From Eledone cirrhosa (taxonomy: Eukaryota), in assembly GCA_964016885.1 (NCBI GenBank), contig OZ024744.1:113212001-113276000 (forward strand): a stretch of 64,000 bases of DNA, given 5' to 3'. The notes below the pieces were generated by a model. The model had not been told where the DNA came from. It was given only the letters and a program-made list of their open reading frames with translations, and did no database searches. Shown piece by piece: positions 39,301 to 52,669 of this stretch (its first letter is position 1; the number at the start of each line of letters is the position of its first letter). The position numbers were made by a program, and so were the translations under genes.

Positions 39301-42300
39301 CTCCTGTAGGTAGCCAACACCACCCCAGTAGCAGTGAGTAGGGAGGTGGTCTGGAGACCAAGAACACCAGAAGTCTCCCCTGTTACAGGTTTAACAAGAC
39401 AGTCCACTTCATGTGACTCACCTTCCTGTAGGTAGCCAAACACCACCCCAGTAGGCAAGTGAGTAGGGAGGTGGTCTGGAGACCAAGAACACCAGAAGTC
39501 TCCACTGTTACAGGTTTAACAAGACAGTCCACTTCATGTGACTCACTCCTGTAGGTAGCCTACACCACCCCAGTAGCAGTGAGTAGGGAGGTGGTCTGGA
39601 GACCAAGAACACCAGAAGTCTCCACTGTTACAGGTTTAACAAGACAGTCCACTTCATGTGACTCACTCCTGTAGGTAGCCAACACCACCCCAGTAGCAGT
39701 GAGTAGGGAGGTGGTCTGGAGACCAAGAACACACCAGAAGTCTCCACTGTTACAGGTTTAACAAGACAGTCCACTTCATGTGACTCACTCCTGTAGGTAG
39801 CCAACACCACCCCCAGTAGCAGTGAGTAGGGAGGTGGTCTGGAGACTCAAGAACACAGAAGTCTCCCACTGTTACAGGTTTAACAAGACAGTCCACTTCA
39901 TGTGACTCACTCCTGTAAGTAGCTAACACCACCCCAGTAGCAGTGAGTAGGGAGGTGGTCTGGAGACCAAGAACACCAGAAGTCTCCACTGTTACAGGTT
40001 TAACAAGACAGTCCACTTCATGTGACTCACTCCTGTAAGGTAGCTAACACCACCCCCAGTAGCAGTGAGTAGGGAGGTGGTCTGGAGACCAAGAACACCA
40101 GAAGTCTCCACTGTTACAGGTTTAACAAGACAGTCCACTTCATGTGACTCACTCCTGTAGGTAGCCAACACCACCCCCAGTAACAGTGAGTAGGGAGGTG
40201 GTCTGGAGACCAAAGAACACCAGAAGTCTCCACTGTTACAGGTTTAACAAGACAGTCCACTTCATGTGACTCACTCCTGTAGGTAGCCAACACCACCCCA
40301 GTAGCAGTGAGTAGGGAGGTGGTCTGGAGACCAAGAACACCAGAAGTCTCCACTGTTACAGGTTTAACAAGACAGTCCACTTCATGTGACTCACTCCTGT
40401 AGGTAGCCAACACCACCCCAGTAGCAGTGAGTAGGGAGGTGGTCTGGAGACCAAGAACACCAGAAGTCTCCACTGTTACAGGTTTAACAAGACAGTCCAC
40501 TTCATGTGACTCACTCCTGTAAGTAGCCTAACACCACCCCAGTAGCAGTGAGTAGGGAGGTGGTCTGGAGACCAAGAACACCAGAAGTCTCCACTGTTAC
40601 AGGTTTAACAAGACAGTCCACTTCATGTGACTCACTCCTGTAGGTAGCCAACACCCACCCCCAGTAGCAGTGAGTAGGGAGGTGGTCTGGAGACCAAGAA
40701 CACCAGAAAGTCTCCACTGTTACAGGTTTAACAAGACAGTCCACTTCATGTGACTCACTCCTGTAGGGTAGCCAACACCACCCCAGTAGCAGTGAGTAGG
40801 GAGGTGGTCTGGAGACCAAGAACACCAGAAGTCTCCACTGTTACAGGTTTAACAAGACAGTCCACTTCATGTGACTCACTCCTGTAGGTAGCCAACACCA
40901 CCCCAGTAGCAGTGAGTAGGGAGGTGGTCTGGAGACCAAGAACACCAGAAGTCTCTACTGTTACAGGTTTAACAAGACAGTCCACTTCATGTGACTCACT
41001 CCTGTAGGTAGCCAACACCACCCCAGTAGCAGTGAGTAGGGAGGTGGTCTGGAGACCAAGAACACCAGAAGTCTCCACTGTTACAGGTTTAACAAGACAG
41101 TCCACTTCATGTGACTCACTCCTGTAGGTAGCCAACACCACCCCAGTAGCAGTGAGTAGGGAGGTGGTCTGGAGACCAAGAACACCAGAAGTCTCCACTG
41201 TTACAGGTTTAACAAGACAGTCCACTTCATGTGACTTACTCCTGTAGGTAGCCAACACCACCCCAGTAGCAGTGAGTAGGGAGGTGGTCTGGAGACCAAG
41301 AACACCAGAACTCTCCACTGTTACAGGTTTAACAAGACAGTCCACTTCATGTGACTCACTCCTGTAGGTAGCCAACACCACCCCAGTAGCAGTGAGTAGG
41401 GAGGTGGTCTGGAGACCAAGAACACCAGAAGTCTCCACTGTTACAGGTTTAACAAGACAGTCCACTTCATGTGACTCACTCCTGTAGGTAGCCAACACCA
41501 CCCCAGTAGCAGTGAGTAGGGAGGTGGTCTGGAGACCAAGAACACCAGAACTCTCCACTGTTACAGGTTTAACAAGACAGTCCACTTCATGTGACTCACT
41601 CCTGTAGGTAGCCAACACCACCCCAGTAGCAGTGAGTAGGGAGGTGGTCTGGAGACCAAGAACACCAGAAGTCTCCACTGTTACAGGTTTAACAAGACAG
41701 TCCACTTCATGTGACTCACTCCTGTAGGTAGCCAACACCACCCCAGTAGCAGTGAGTAGGGAGGTGGTCTGGAGACCAAGAACACCAGAAGTCTCCACTG
41801 TTACAGGTTTAACAAGACAGTCCACTTCATGTGACTCACTCCTGTAGGTAGCCAACACCACCCCAGTAGCAGTGAGTAGGGAGGTGGTCTGGAGACCAAG
41901 AACACCAGAAGTCTCCACTGTTACAGGTTTAACAAGACAGTCCACTTCATGTGACTCACTCCTGTAGGTAGCCAACACCACCCCAGTAGCAGTGAGTAGG
42001 GAGGTGGTCTGGAGACCAAGAACACCAGAAGTCTCCACTGTTACAGGTTTAACAAGACAGTCCACTTCATGTGACTCACTCCTGTAGGTAGCCAACACCA
42101 CCCCAGTAGCAGTGAGTAGGGAGGTGGTCTGGAGACTAAGAACACCAGAACTCTCCACTGTTACAGGTTTAACAAGACAGTCCACTTCATGTGACTCACT
42201 CCTGTAAGTAGCTAACACCACCCCAGTAGCAGTGAGTAGGGAGGTGGTCTGGAGACCAAGAACACCAGAAGTCTCCACTGTTACAGGTTTAACAAGACAG

Positions 42301-45300
42301 TCCACTTCATGTGACTCACTCCTGTAAGTAGCTAACACCACCCCAGTAGCAGTGAGTAGGGAGGTGGTCTGGAGACCAAGAACACCAGAACTCTCCACTG
42401 TTACAGGTTTAACAAGACAGTCCACTTCATGTGACTCACTCCTGTAGGTAGCCAACACCACCCCAGTAGCAGTGAGTAGGGAGGTGGTCTGGAGACCAAG
42501 AACACCAGAAGTCTCTACTGTTACAGGTTTAACAAGACAGTCCACTTCATGTGGCTCACTCCTGTAGGTAGCCAACACCACCCCAGTAGCAGTGAGTAGG
42601 GAGGTGGTCTGGAAACCAAGAACACCAGAAGTCTCCACTGTTACAGGTTTAACAAGACAGTCCACTTCATGTGACTCACTCCTGTAGGTAGCCAACACCA
42701 CCCCAGTAGCAGTGAGTAGGGAGGTGGTCTGGAGACCAAGAACACCAGAAGTCTCTACTGTTACAGGTTTAACAAGACAGTCCACTTCATGTGGTTACTC
42801 CTGTAGGTAGCCAACACCACCCCCAGTAGCAGTGAGTAGGGAGGTGGTCTGGAGACCAAGAACACCAGAAGTCTCCACTGTTACAGGTTTAACAAGACAG
42901 TCCACTTCATGTGACTCACTCCTGTAGGTAGCCAACACCACCCCAGTAACAGTGAGTAGGGAGGTGGTCTGGAGACCAAGAACACCAGAAGTCTCCACTG
43001 TTACAGGTTTAACAAGACAGTCCACTTCATGTGACTCACTCCTGTAGGTAGCCAACACCACCCCAGTAGCAGTGAGTAGGGAGGTGGTCTGGAGACCAAG
43101 AACACCAGAAGTCTCCACTGTTACAGGTTTAACAAGACAGTCCACTTCATGTGACTCACTCCCTGTAGGTAGCCAACACCACCCCAGTAGCAGTGAGTAG
43201 GGAGGTGGTCTGGAGACCAAGAACACCAGAAGTCTCCACTGTTACAGGTTTAACAAGACAGTCCACTTCATGTGACTCACTCCTGTAGGTAGCCAACACC
43301 ACCCCAGTAGCAGTGAGTAGGGAGGTGGTCTGGAGACCAAGAACACCAGAAGTCTCCACTGTTACAGGTTTAACAAGACAGTCCACTTCATGTGACTCAC
43401 TCCTGTAGGTAGCCAACACCACCACCAGTAGCAGTGAGTAGGGAGGTGGTCTGGAGACCAAGAAACACCAGAAGTCTCCACTGTTACAGGTTTAACAAGA
43501 CAGTCCACTTCATGTGACTCACTACCTGTAGGTAGCCAACACCACCCCAGTAGCAGTGAGTAGGAGGTGGTCTGGAGACCAAGAACACCAGAAGTCTCCA
43601 CTGTTACAGGTTTAACAAGACAGTCCACTTCATGTGACTCACTCCTGTAGGTAGCCAACACCACCCCAGTAGCAGTGAGTAGGGAGGTGGTCTGGAGACC
43701 AAGAACACCAGAAGTCTCTACTGTTACAGGTTTAACAAGACAGTCCACTTCATGTGACTCACTCCTGTAGGTAGCCAACACCACCCCAGTAGCAGTGAGT
43801 AGGGAGGTGGTCTGGAGACCAAGAACACCAGAAGTCTCCACTGTTACAGGTTTAACAAGACAGTCCACTTCATGTGACTCACTCCTGTAGGTAGCCAACA
43901 CCACCCCAGTAGCAGTGAGTAGGGAGGTGGTCTGGAGACCAAGAACACCAGAAGTCTCCACTGTTACAGGTTTAACAAGACAGTCCACTTCATGTGACTT
44001 ACTCCTGTAGGTAGCCAACACCACCCCAGTAGCAGTGAGTAGGGAGGTGGTCTGGAGACCAAGAACACCAGAACTCTCCACTGTTACAGGTTTAACAAGA
44101 CAGTCCACTTCATGTGACTCACTCCTGTAGGTAGCCAACACCACCCCAGTAGCAGTGAGTAGGGAGGTGGTCTGGAGACCAAGAACACCAGAAGTCTCCA
44201 CTGTTACAGGTTTAACAAGACAGTCCACTTCATGTGACTCACTCCTGTAGGTAGCCAACACCACCCCAGTAGCAGTGAGTAGGGAGGTGGTCTGGAGACC
44301 AAGAACACCAGAAGTCTCCACTGTTACAGGTTTAACAAGACAGTCCACTTCATGTGACTCACTCCTGTAGGTAGCCAACACCACCCCAGTAGCAGTGAGT
44401 AGGGAGGTGGTCTGGAGACCAAGAACACCAGAAGTCTCCACTGTTACAGGTTTAACAAGACAGTCCACTTCATGTGACTCACTCCTGTAGGTAGCCAACA
44501 CCACCCCAGTAGCAGTGAGTAGGGAGGTGGTCTGGAGACCAAGAACACCAGAAGTCTCCACTGTTACAGGTTTAACAAGACAGTCCACTTCATGTGACTC
44601 ACTCCTGTAGGTAGCCAACACCACCCCAGTAGCAGTGAGTAGGGAGGTGGTCTGGAGACCAAGAACACCAGAAGTCTCCACTGTTACAGGTTTAACAAGA
44701 CAGTCCACTTCATGTGACTCACTCCTGTAGGTAGCCAACACCACCCCAGTAGCAGTGAGTAGGGAGGTGGTCTGGAGACTAAGAACACCAGAACTCTCCA
44801 CTGTTACAGGTTTAACAAGACAGTCCACTTCATGTGACTCACTCCTGTAAGTAGCTAACACCACCCCAGTAGCAGTGAGTAGGGAGGTGGTCTGGAGACC
44901 AAGAACACCAGAAGTCTCCACTGTTACAGGTTTAACAAGACAGTCCACTTCATGTGACTCACTCCTGTAAGTAGCTAACACCACCCCAGTAGCAGTGAGT
45001 AGGGAGGTGGTCTGGAGACCAAGAACACCAGAAGTCTCCACTGTTTCAGGTTTAACAAGACAGTCCACTTCATGTGGCTCACTCCTGTAGGTAGCCAACA
45101 CCACCCCAGTAACAGTGAGTAGGGAGGTGGTCTGGAGACCAAGAACACCAGAAGTCTCCACTGTTACAGGTTTAACAAGACAGTCCACTTCATGTGACTC
45201 ACTCCTGTAGGTAGCCAACACCACCCCAGTAGCAGTGAGTAAGGAGGTGGTCTGGAGACCAAGAACACCAGAAGTCTCTACTGTTACAGGTTTAACAAGA

Positions 45301-45328
45301 CAGTCCACTTCATGTGACTCACTCCTGT
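33315..45328. repeat. 120-bp satellite, ~100 copies, with higher-order duplications
   Basis: Exact two-line (120 bp) periodicity; diagnostic variants recur at 2640-bp spacing; indel-rich segment at ~38640-40770. Confidence 0.98.
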
Positions 45329-45545
45329 CACCCTCATGTTTCCATTGGTCTTTCCATTACTGATACGATCTGTCAGTCACAACTCCTAGTAGAAAAATCA
45401 ACATGAAATATAATATTTTGGTCAATTACACAACACCCTATCCAGACAAAGAATCAAACTCATGACCTTGTGATAATGTATCCAACACCGTATCTACTTG
45501 ACCACATACCTTATATATATATTAAAAAAAAAAAATAAACCTCAC

Positions 45546-45612
45546 CTTGATTATTTTAAGTACTCTTGCAAGTTCTGGTTTTAGTGCTCTATATTTACTC
45601 CGGGTTCTACGT
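45546..45612 (-). CDS. GSTCD: GSTCD exon (67 bp, phase 2-0), last clearly assignable exon in the window
   Basis: ttttccag|ACGT...ATCAAG|gtgagg; (Q)RRTRSKYRALKPELARVLKIIK; phase fits the upstream exon; sequence similarity itself is weak. Confidence 0.75.
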
Positions 45613-45824
45613 CTGGAAAAATGTAACATCAATAATCAGCAACTCGTCAAGGCATGAAACTAATAAGAATTCCTTCCTTAGAATTGACTACACATTAAGA
45701 TAGTGTGTAGAACTCCTTAATTACTAGGCCAAACACCTCCTCCTCACCCCACTTATTCATGTGAGTGGTTATGGAGGCAGAATCTTCAAACACGCTTACC
45801 TGAAGGTCCAGTCAGAAGCAACCA

Positions 45825-46180
45825 TCTCCAATTGATCTGGCTGGATCCCCAAGCAAGACCAGCGAACCCCATGAATGTAATCCAACTATCTTGCTTGGGG
45901 CCCACCCCTGGGTCTCCTGCCGGTTGGTTTTGCCCATAAAATATGTCCAGTTATTCTTTCCTGAGATATTTTAACCACATGTCCATAGTATTGGAGCTGT
46001 GATCTCTCAATTTGGAGAAGTAGTGGCTCCACCTGGAGTGACTCTGATCTCCAATGTCACTCCAAAGACTCTTTGGAGGAACCCTATTTCAGCCACTTGT
46101 ATTCGAGATCATATTTTTTGGTCATTATTCAAGATACATGACCATAGGCAAGGGTTGGCATGAATACCAAATTGAAGATA
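45825..46180 (-). mobile_element. RTE fragment related to 24145-24590
   Basis: Shared ctccaattgatc..gctggatcc, tgtgatctctcaatt.ggagaagta, catgaccatagg.aagggtt.gcatgaatac. Confidence 0.7.
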
Positions 46181-46574
46181 TTTAATATAAACTATTTAAT
46201 ATATATTTAGTTTTGTCATACCTTTTATCCCAGTTCCATCTCTATATATCTACATTGTACCAACTTTCCAACACTCTTTCATCATCATCATCATCATCAT
46301 TTTTTATATAAACTATTTAATGTTTTGTTTTGTTTTATTAATGAATAAATTCTACCTGTAAAAACACTTTTAGTTTTATTTAATGTCATAGTGAAATGGG
46401 GTGAGGGAGTTTAAGGATTGTCTATTGATTATATTTAAGGAATTTAGAGATTTTGGAAAAGTAAATAAAGGTTCCCTGAGAAAATAAGTTTGTTTACCAA
46501 TCCTGCAATAATTCTAGAAGCCAGACAATAAAAATATATTTTCCTAAAGAAAGCCGAGGAAGTGTGTTACTTAC

Positions 46575-46816
46575 TGCAATTCTGATTCTTCCTCTTCTTC
46601 TTTATCTTTATCAACTTTCTTTTGAAGAACTTCAGGTAAAGTGAATTTGTAAATATAAGTATGACGGCAATCAAAGTGCTCATTGAAATGTTCAAAATTA
46701 CAACCATACCGAAGCGCTGCTACATTTAATTTTGGCATTTTGGTCATGTTGTAGAACCATGCACACAACTTGGGGAGATAGATTTGAAGTGAATTCAACT
46801 GAAAGTCAATAGCTTC
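46575..46816 (-). CDS. GSTCD: GSTCD exon (242 bp, phase 0-2)
   Basis: tatctgcag|GAAGCT...TTGCA|gtaagt; LPKLCAWFYNMTKMPKLNVAALRYG corresponds to the GST C-terminal FPLLASWYQRIQEVPGVKTAASKCG segment. Confidence 0.88.
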
Positions 46817-46860
46817 CTGCAGATAAAAAGTTAAAATTAATAGCAACAAAGCATGCTTTA

Positions 46861-49800
46861 GTGTATTTTATCATGACACCGACACTACCACTTTACAGAG
46901 TGTACTGGGTGTATTTTATCATGACACCAACACTACCACGTTACAGAGTGTACTGGGTGTATTTTATCATGACACCGACACTACCACTTTACAGAGTGTA
47001 CTGGGTGTATTTTATCATGACACCAACACTACCACGTTACAGAGTGTACTGGGTGTATTTTATCATCACACTGCCACTACCTCTTTACAGAGTGTACTGG
47101 GTGTATTTTATCATGACACCAACACTACCACATTACAGAGTGTACTGGGTGTATTCTATCATGACACTGCCACTACCTCTTTACAGAGTGTACTGGGTGT
47201 ATTTTATCATGACACCAACACTACCACTTTACAGAGTGTACTGGGTGTATTTTATCATGACACTGCCACTACCTCTTTACAGAGTGTACTGGGTGTATTT
47301 TATCATGACACCAACACTACCACTTTACAGAGTGTACTGGTTGTATTTTATCATGACACCAACACCACCACTTTACAGAGTGTACTGGGTGTATTTTATC
47401 ATGACACCAACATTACCACAGTACAGAGTGTACTGGGTGTATTTTATCATGACACCAACACTACCACTTTACAGAGTGTACTGGGTGTATTTTATCATGA
47501 CACTGCCACTACCTCTTTACAGAGTGTACTGGGTGTATTTTATCATGACACCAACACTACCACTTTACAGAGTGTACTGGTTGTATTTTATCATGACACC
47601 AACACCACCACTTTACAGAGTGTACTGGGTGTATTTTATCATGACACCAACACTACCACAGTACAGAGTCTACTGGGTGTATTTTATCATGACACCAACA
47701 CTACCACTTTACAGAGTGTACTGGGTGTATTTTATCATGTCACTGCCACTACCTCTTTACAGAGTGTACTGGGTGTATTTTATCATGACACCAACACTAC
47801 CACTTTACAGAGTGTACTGGTTGTATTTTATCATGACACCAACACCACCACTTTACAGAGTGTACTGGGTGTATTTTATCATGACACCAACATTACCACA
47901 GTACAGAGTGTACTGGGTGTATTTTATCATGACACCAACACTACCACAGTACAGAGTGTACTGGGTGTATTTTATCATGACACCAACACTACCACAGTAC
48001 AGAGTGTACTGAGTGCATTTTATTGTAACACCAATACTACCTCTTTACAGAGTGTACTGGCTGTATTTTATCATGACATTCCCACTACCTCTTTACAGAG
48101 TGTACTGGGTGTATTTTACAGAGTGTATTGCGTGTATTTTATTGTGACACCAGCACTACCACATTAAAGAGTGTACTGGGTGTATTTGATCATGACACCA
48201 GCACTCCCACTTTACAGAGTGTACTTGGTGTATTTGATCATGACACCAGCACTACCACTTTACAGAGTGTACTGGGTATATTTTATCATGGCACCAGCAC
48301 TCCCACTTTACAGAGTGTACTGGGTGTATTTTATCATGGCACCAGCACTACCACTTTACAGAGTGTACTGGGTGTATTTGATCATGACACCAGCACTCCC
48401 ACTTTACAGAGTGTACTGGGTGTATTTTATCATGGCACCAGTACTACCACATTACAGAGTGTATTGGGTGGAATTTAATGTGACAACATCTCTACCACAT
48501 TACAGAGTGTACTGGGTGTATTTCATCATGACACCGACACTATCACTTTACAGAGTGTACTGGGTGTATTTTATAATGACACCAACACTACCACTTTACA
48601 GAGTGTACTAGGAGTTTTATCATGACAACACTACCACTTTACAGAGTGTACTGGGTGTATTTTATTGTGACACCACTACCACTTTACAAAGTGTACTGGG
48701 TGTATTATATTGACACTAACACTACCACTTTACAGAGTGCATTGGGTGTATTTTATCATGACACCAACACTACCACTTTACAGAGTGTACTGGGTGTATT
48801 ATATTGTAACACCAGTACTACCACTTTACAGAGTGTACTGGGTGTATTATATTGTGACACCAACACTACCACTTTACAGAGTCTACTGGGTGTATTTTAT
48901 CATGACACCAACACTACCACTTTACAGAGTCTACTGGGTGTATTTTATCATGACACCAACACTACCACTTTACAGAGTGTACTGGGTGTATTTTACCATG
49001 ACACCAACACCACCACTTTACAGAGTCTACTGGGTGTATTTTATCATGACACCAACACTACCACTTTACAGAGTGTACTGGGTGTATTTTATTGTAACAC
49101 CAACACTACCACATTATAGAGTGTACTGAGTGTATTTTACCATGACACCAACACCACCACTTTACAGAGTCTACTGGGTGTATTTTATCATGACACCAAC
49201 ACTACCACTTTACAGAGTCTACTGGGTGTATTTTATCATGACACCAACACTACCACTTTACAGAGTGTACTGGGTGTATTTTACCATGACACCAACACCA
49301 CCACTTTACAGAGTCTACTGGGTGTATTTTATCATGACACCAACACTACCACTTTACAGAGTGTACTGGGTGTATTTTATTGTAACACCAACACTACCAC
49401 ATTATAGAGTGTACTGAGTGTATTTTACCATGACACCAACACCACCACTTTACAGAGTCTACTGGGTGTATTTTATCATGACACCAACACTACCACTTTA
49501 CAGAGTGTACTGGGTGTATTTTATTGTAACACCAACACTACCACATTATAGAGTGTACTGAGTGTATTTTACCATGACACCAACACCACCACTTTACAGA
49601 GTCTACTGGGTGTATTTTATCATGACACCAACACTACCACTTTACAGAGTGTACTGGGTGTATTATATTGTAACACCAGTACTACCACTTTACAGAGTGT
49701 ACTGGGTGTATTATATTGTGACACCAACACTACCACTTTACAGAGTCTACTGGGTGTATTTTATCATGACACCAACACTACCACTTTACAGAGTGTAGTG

Positions 49801-51378
49801 GGTGTATTTTACCATGTCACCAACACTACCACATTATAGAGTGTACTGGGTGTATTTTACCATGACACCAACACCACCACTTTACAGAGTGTACTGGGTG
49901 TATTATATTGTGACACCAACACCACCACTTTACAGAGTGTACTGGGTGTATTTTATCATGACACCAACACTACCACTTTACAGAGTGTAGTGGGTGTATT
50001 TTATTGTAACACCAACACTACCACATTATAGAGTGTACTGGGTGTATTTTACCATGACAACCAACACTACCACTTTACAGAGTGTACTGGGTGTATTTTA
50101 TCATGACACCAACACTACCACTTTACAGAGTGTACTGAGTGTATTTTACCATGACACCAACACTACCACTTTACAGAGTGTACTGGGTGTATTATATCAT
50201 GACACCAACACTACCACTTTACAGAGTGTACTGGGTGTATTTTATCATGACACCAACACTACCACTTTACAGAATGTACTGGGTGTATTTTATCATGACA
50301 CCAACACTACCACTTTACAGAGTGTACTGAGTGTATTTTACCATGACACCAACACCACCACTTTACAGAGTGTACTGGGTGTATTTTATCATGACACCAA
50401 CACTACCACTTTACAGAGTGTAGTGGGTGTATTTTATTGTAACACCAACACTACCACTTTACAGAGTGTACTGGGTGTATTATATTGTGACACCAACACT
50501 ACCACTTTACAGAGTCTACTGGGTGTATTTTATCATGACACCAACACTACCACTTTACAGAGTGTACTGGGTGTATTTTATTGTAACACCAACACTACCA
50601 CATTATAGAGTGTACTGGGTGTATTTTACCATGACACCAACACCACCACTTTACAGAGTGTACTGGGTGTATTTTATCATGCCACCAACGCTACCACTTT
50701 ACAGAGTGTAGTGGGTGTATTTTATCATGACACCAACGCTACCACTTTACAGAGTGTAGTGGGTGTATTTTATCATGCCACCAACGCTACCACTTTACAG
50801 AGTGTACTGGGTGTATTTTATCATGCCACCAACGCTACCACTTTACAGAGTGTAGTGGGTGTATTTTATCATGCCACCAACGCTACCACTTTACAGAGTG
50901 TATTGGGTGTATTTTATCATGACACCAACGCTACCACTTTACAGAGTGTAGTGGGTGTATTTTATCATGCCACCAACGCTACCACTTTACAGAGTGTACT
51001 GGGTGTATTTTATCATGCCACCAACGCTACCACTTTACAGAGTGTAGTGGGTGTATTTTATCATGACACCAACGCTACCACTTTACAGAGTGTAGTGGGT
51101 GTATTTTATCATGCCACCAACGCTACCACTTTACAGAGTGTAGTGGGTGTATTTTATCATGACACCAACGCTACCACTTTACAGAGTGTAGTGGGTGTAT
51201 TTTATTGTAACACCAACACTACCACATTACAGAGTGTACTGGGTGTATTTTATCATGACACCAACGCTACCACTTTACAGAGTGTAGTGGGTGTATTTTA
51301 TTGTAACACCAACACTACCACTTTACAGAGTGTACTGAGTGTATTTTACCATGACACCAACACTACCACTTTACAGAG
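46861..51378 (+). repeat. 48-bp minisatellite, ~94 copies, derived from the RTE/SINE 3' tail
   Basis: Unit ccactttacagagtgtactgggtgtattttatcatgacaccaacacta; single-copy relatives at ~30163 and ~51670-51730; local 240-bp (5-unit) periodicity at 47341/47581/47821. Confidence 0.97.
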
Positions 51379-52426
51379 CACGTTCTTGTTTTTTTTTACT
51401 ATGAAAAATAGTCTACGAGGTGCATATAAACTCCTGGACAGCGCCACCTGTAGGACTCAAATTCCTATCTTCCATATACAATATGTATGTGTTATCATTA
51501 CCCAATAGTGCTATCTCACCTCTCCATTATCAATCATCTATGACTGTAAATAATCTATTTTGCAAAGTATTCGGGAAGGTATGAGTTTTGGAAAAAATAT
51601 GTCTGAGTTGTTAGACTATATTTCATAGTTAAAATAAAATATGTCGGCTTTCTACAGTTGGATGCCTTTCCTAACACCAATCAATTTACAGACTGTACTG
51701 GGTGTTTATCATGTAAATCACCAGCACTAGGGAAGTTGTCATGTCTTTAACACAACTAAGAGTTCTTTTGACCCTTTTGCATGGTTTCTAAAGTGTGGTG
51801 CTCTTCCTTCCACCAACCACTATACAGAGTGTTCTGGGTGCATTTATTGTGGAACCGTCAGAAAAAAGGTTGTCGTTTTTTTACTCAACTGAAGAGACCT
51901 TGTTACCCTACAGTCAGAGTGTGGGGTGTGCCATGTGTATGTGATGTGGTGGTGACAGGGTGAAGGGTGCATGGCAAGGAATGAGGTGAGGGGCATGTAG
52001 TAGGGAGGTGAACCTCTGCCCTCCTGGTTGGCTGGGGAGCCTGGCTATAATCTCTCTGCTCTCCTGGTTGGCTTGGGAGCCTGTCATATGATCCTTCACT
52101 CTACCATGTGCATTTTATTCTTGTGGCACCAACACTAGGGAGGTTGTCACATCTTTGACACTACAGAAGCGTCTTCCTGGCCCTTTGTTTGGCAAGTTTT
52201 CTATGGCTGGATGCCGTTCCTATCATCAACCACTTTACATGTTTGATGCCTTTCACTCAAGTAGAGTGGGTGGTGACCCTGGCATGTATTTATCAAGGGT
52301 AGGGGATGTAAGTGAAAATAGTTCTGATTAGCGCTCACATACAGGTATGACAAATATAAGATCAAAATCTTAGTTTAACGATGAGCAACAGAGCCAAGTT
52401 CAATAGAAACATCTCAGCATACTCAC

Positions 52427-52669
52427 AATGAAATGGTAGGTAAAAACAAAGAGCATAAGATCAGCAACTGTCATTTCAATTCCTTCAACAAACAGATGGT
52501 CCAGGACGATGTCATCAATCTTCATTTTATTAATTATTTTCTGTAACATATCCATCACATCTTTCTTATTATCATCATTTTTGTTCTTATTACAATTGTT
52601 GCCTGTGCTGCGTTTCGTTTCTAAACACTCTTCAGCATCTTGGCGACATTTTTCTAAATTATTTACAGG
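52427..52669 (-). CDS. GSTCD: GSTCD exon (243 bp, phase 0-0)
   Basis: ctgttgtag|CCTGTA...TTCATT|gtgagt; ends LDHLFVEGIEMTVADLMLFVFTYHFI, matching GSTCD LEHVFAEGLYFTLADIVLLPCIHHFL. Confidence 0.92.

Noticed and set aside
45377-45379. In-frame TGA read as selenocysteine in GSTCD
   Set aside because: The downstream peptide does not resemble GSTCD, I saw no SECIS, and GSTCD is not a known selenoprotein.
16632-45612. In-frame GSTCD-spastin fusion protein
   Set aside because: Donor is phase 0 and acceptor phase 1, and I found no bridging exon that fixes the frame.
46861-51508. Many ORFs such as MYFIMTPTLPLYRVYWV and GVFYHDTNTTTLQSVL
   Set aside because: Products of a 48-bp unit inside a GSTCD intron; frames are frequently broken and the unit derives from a non-coding retroelement tail.
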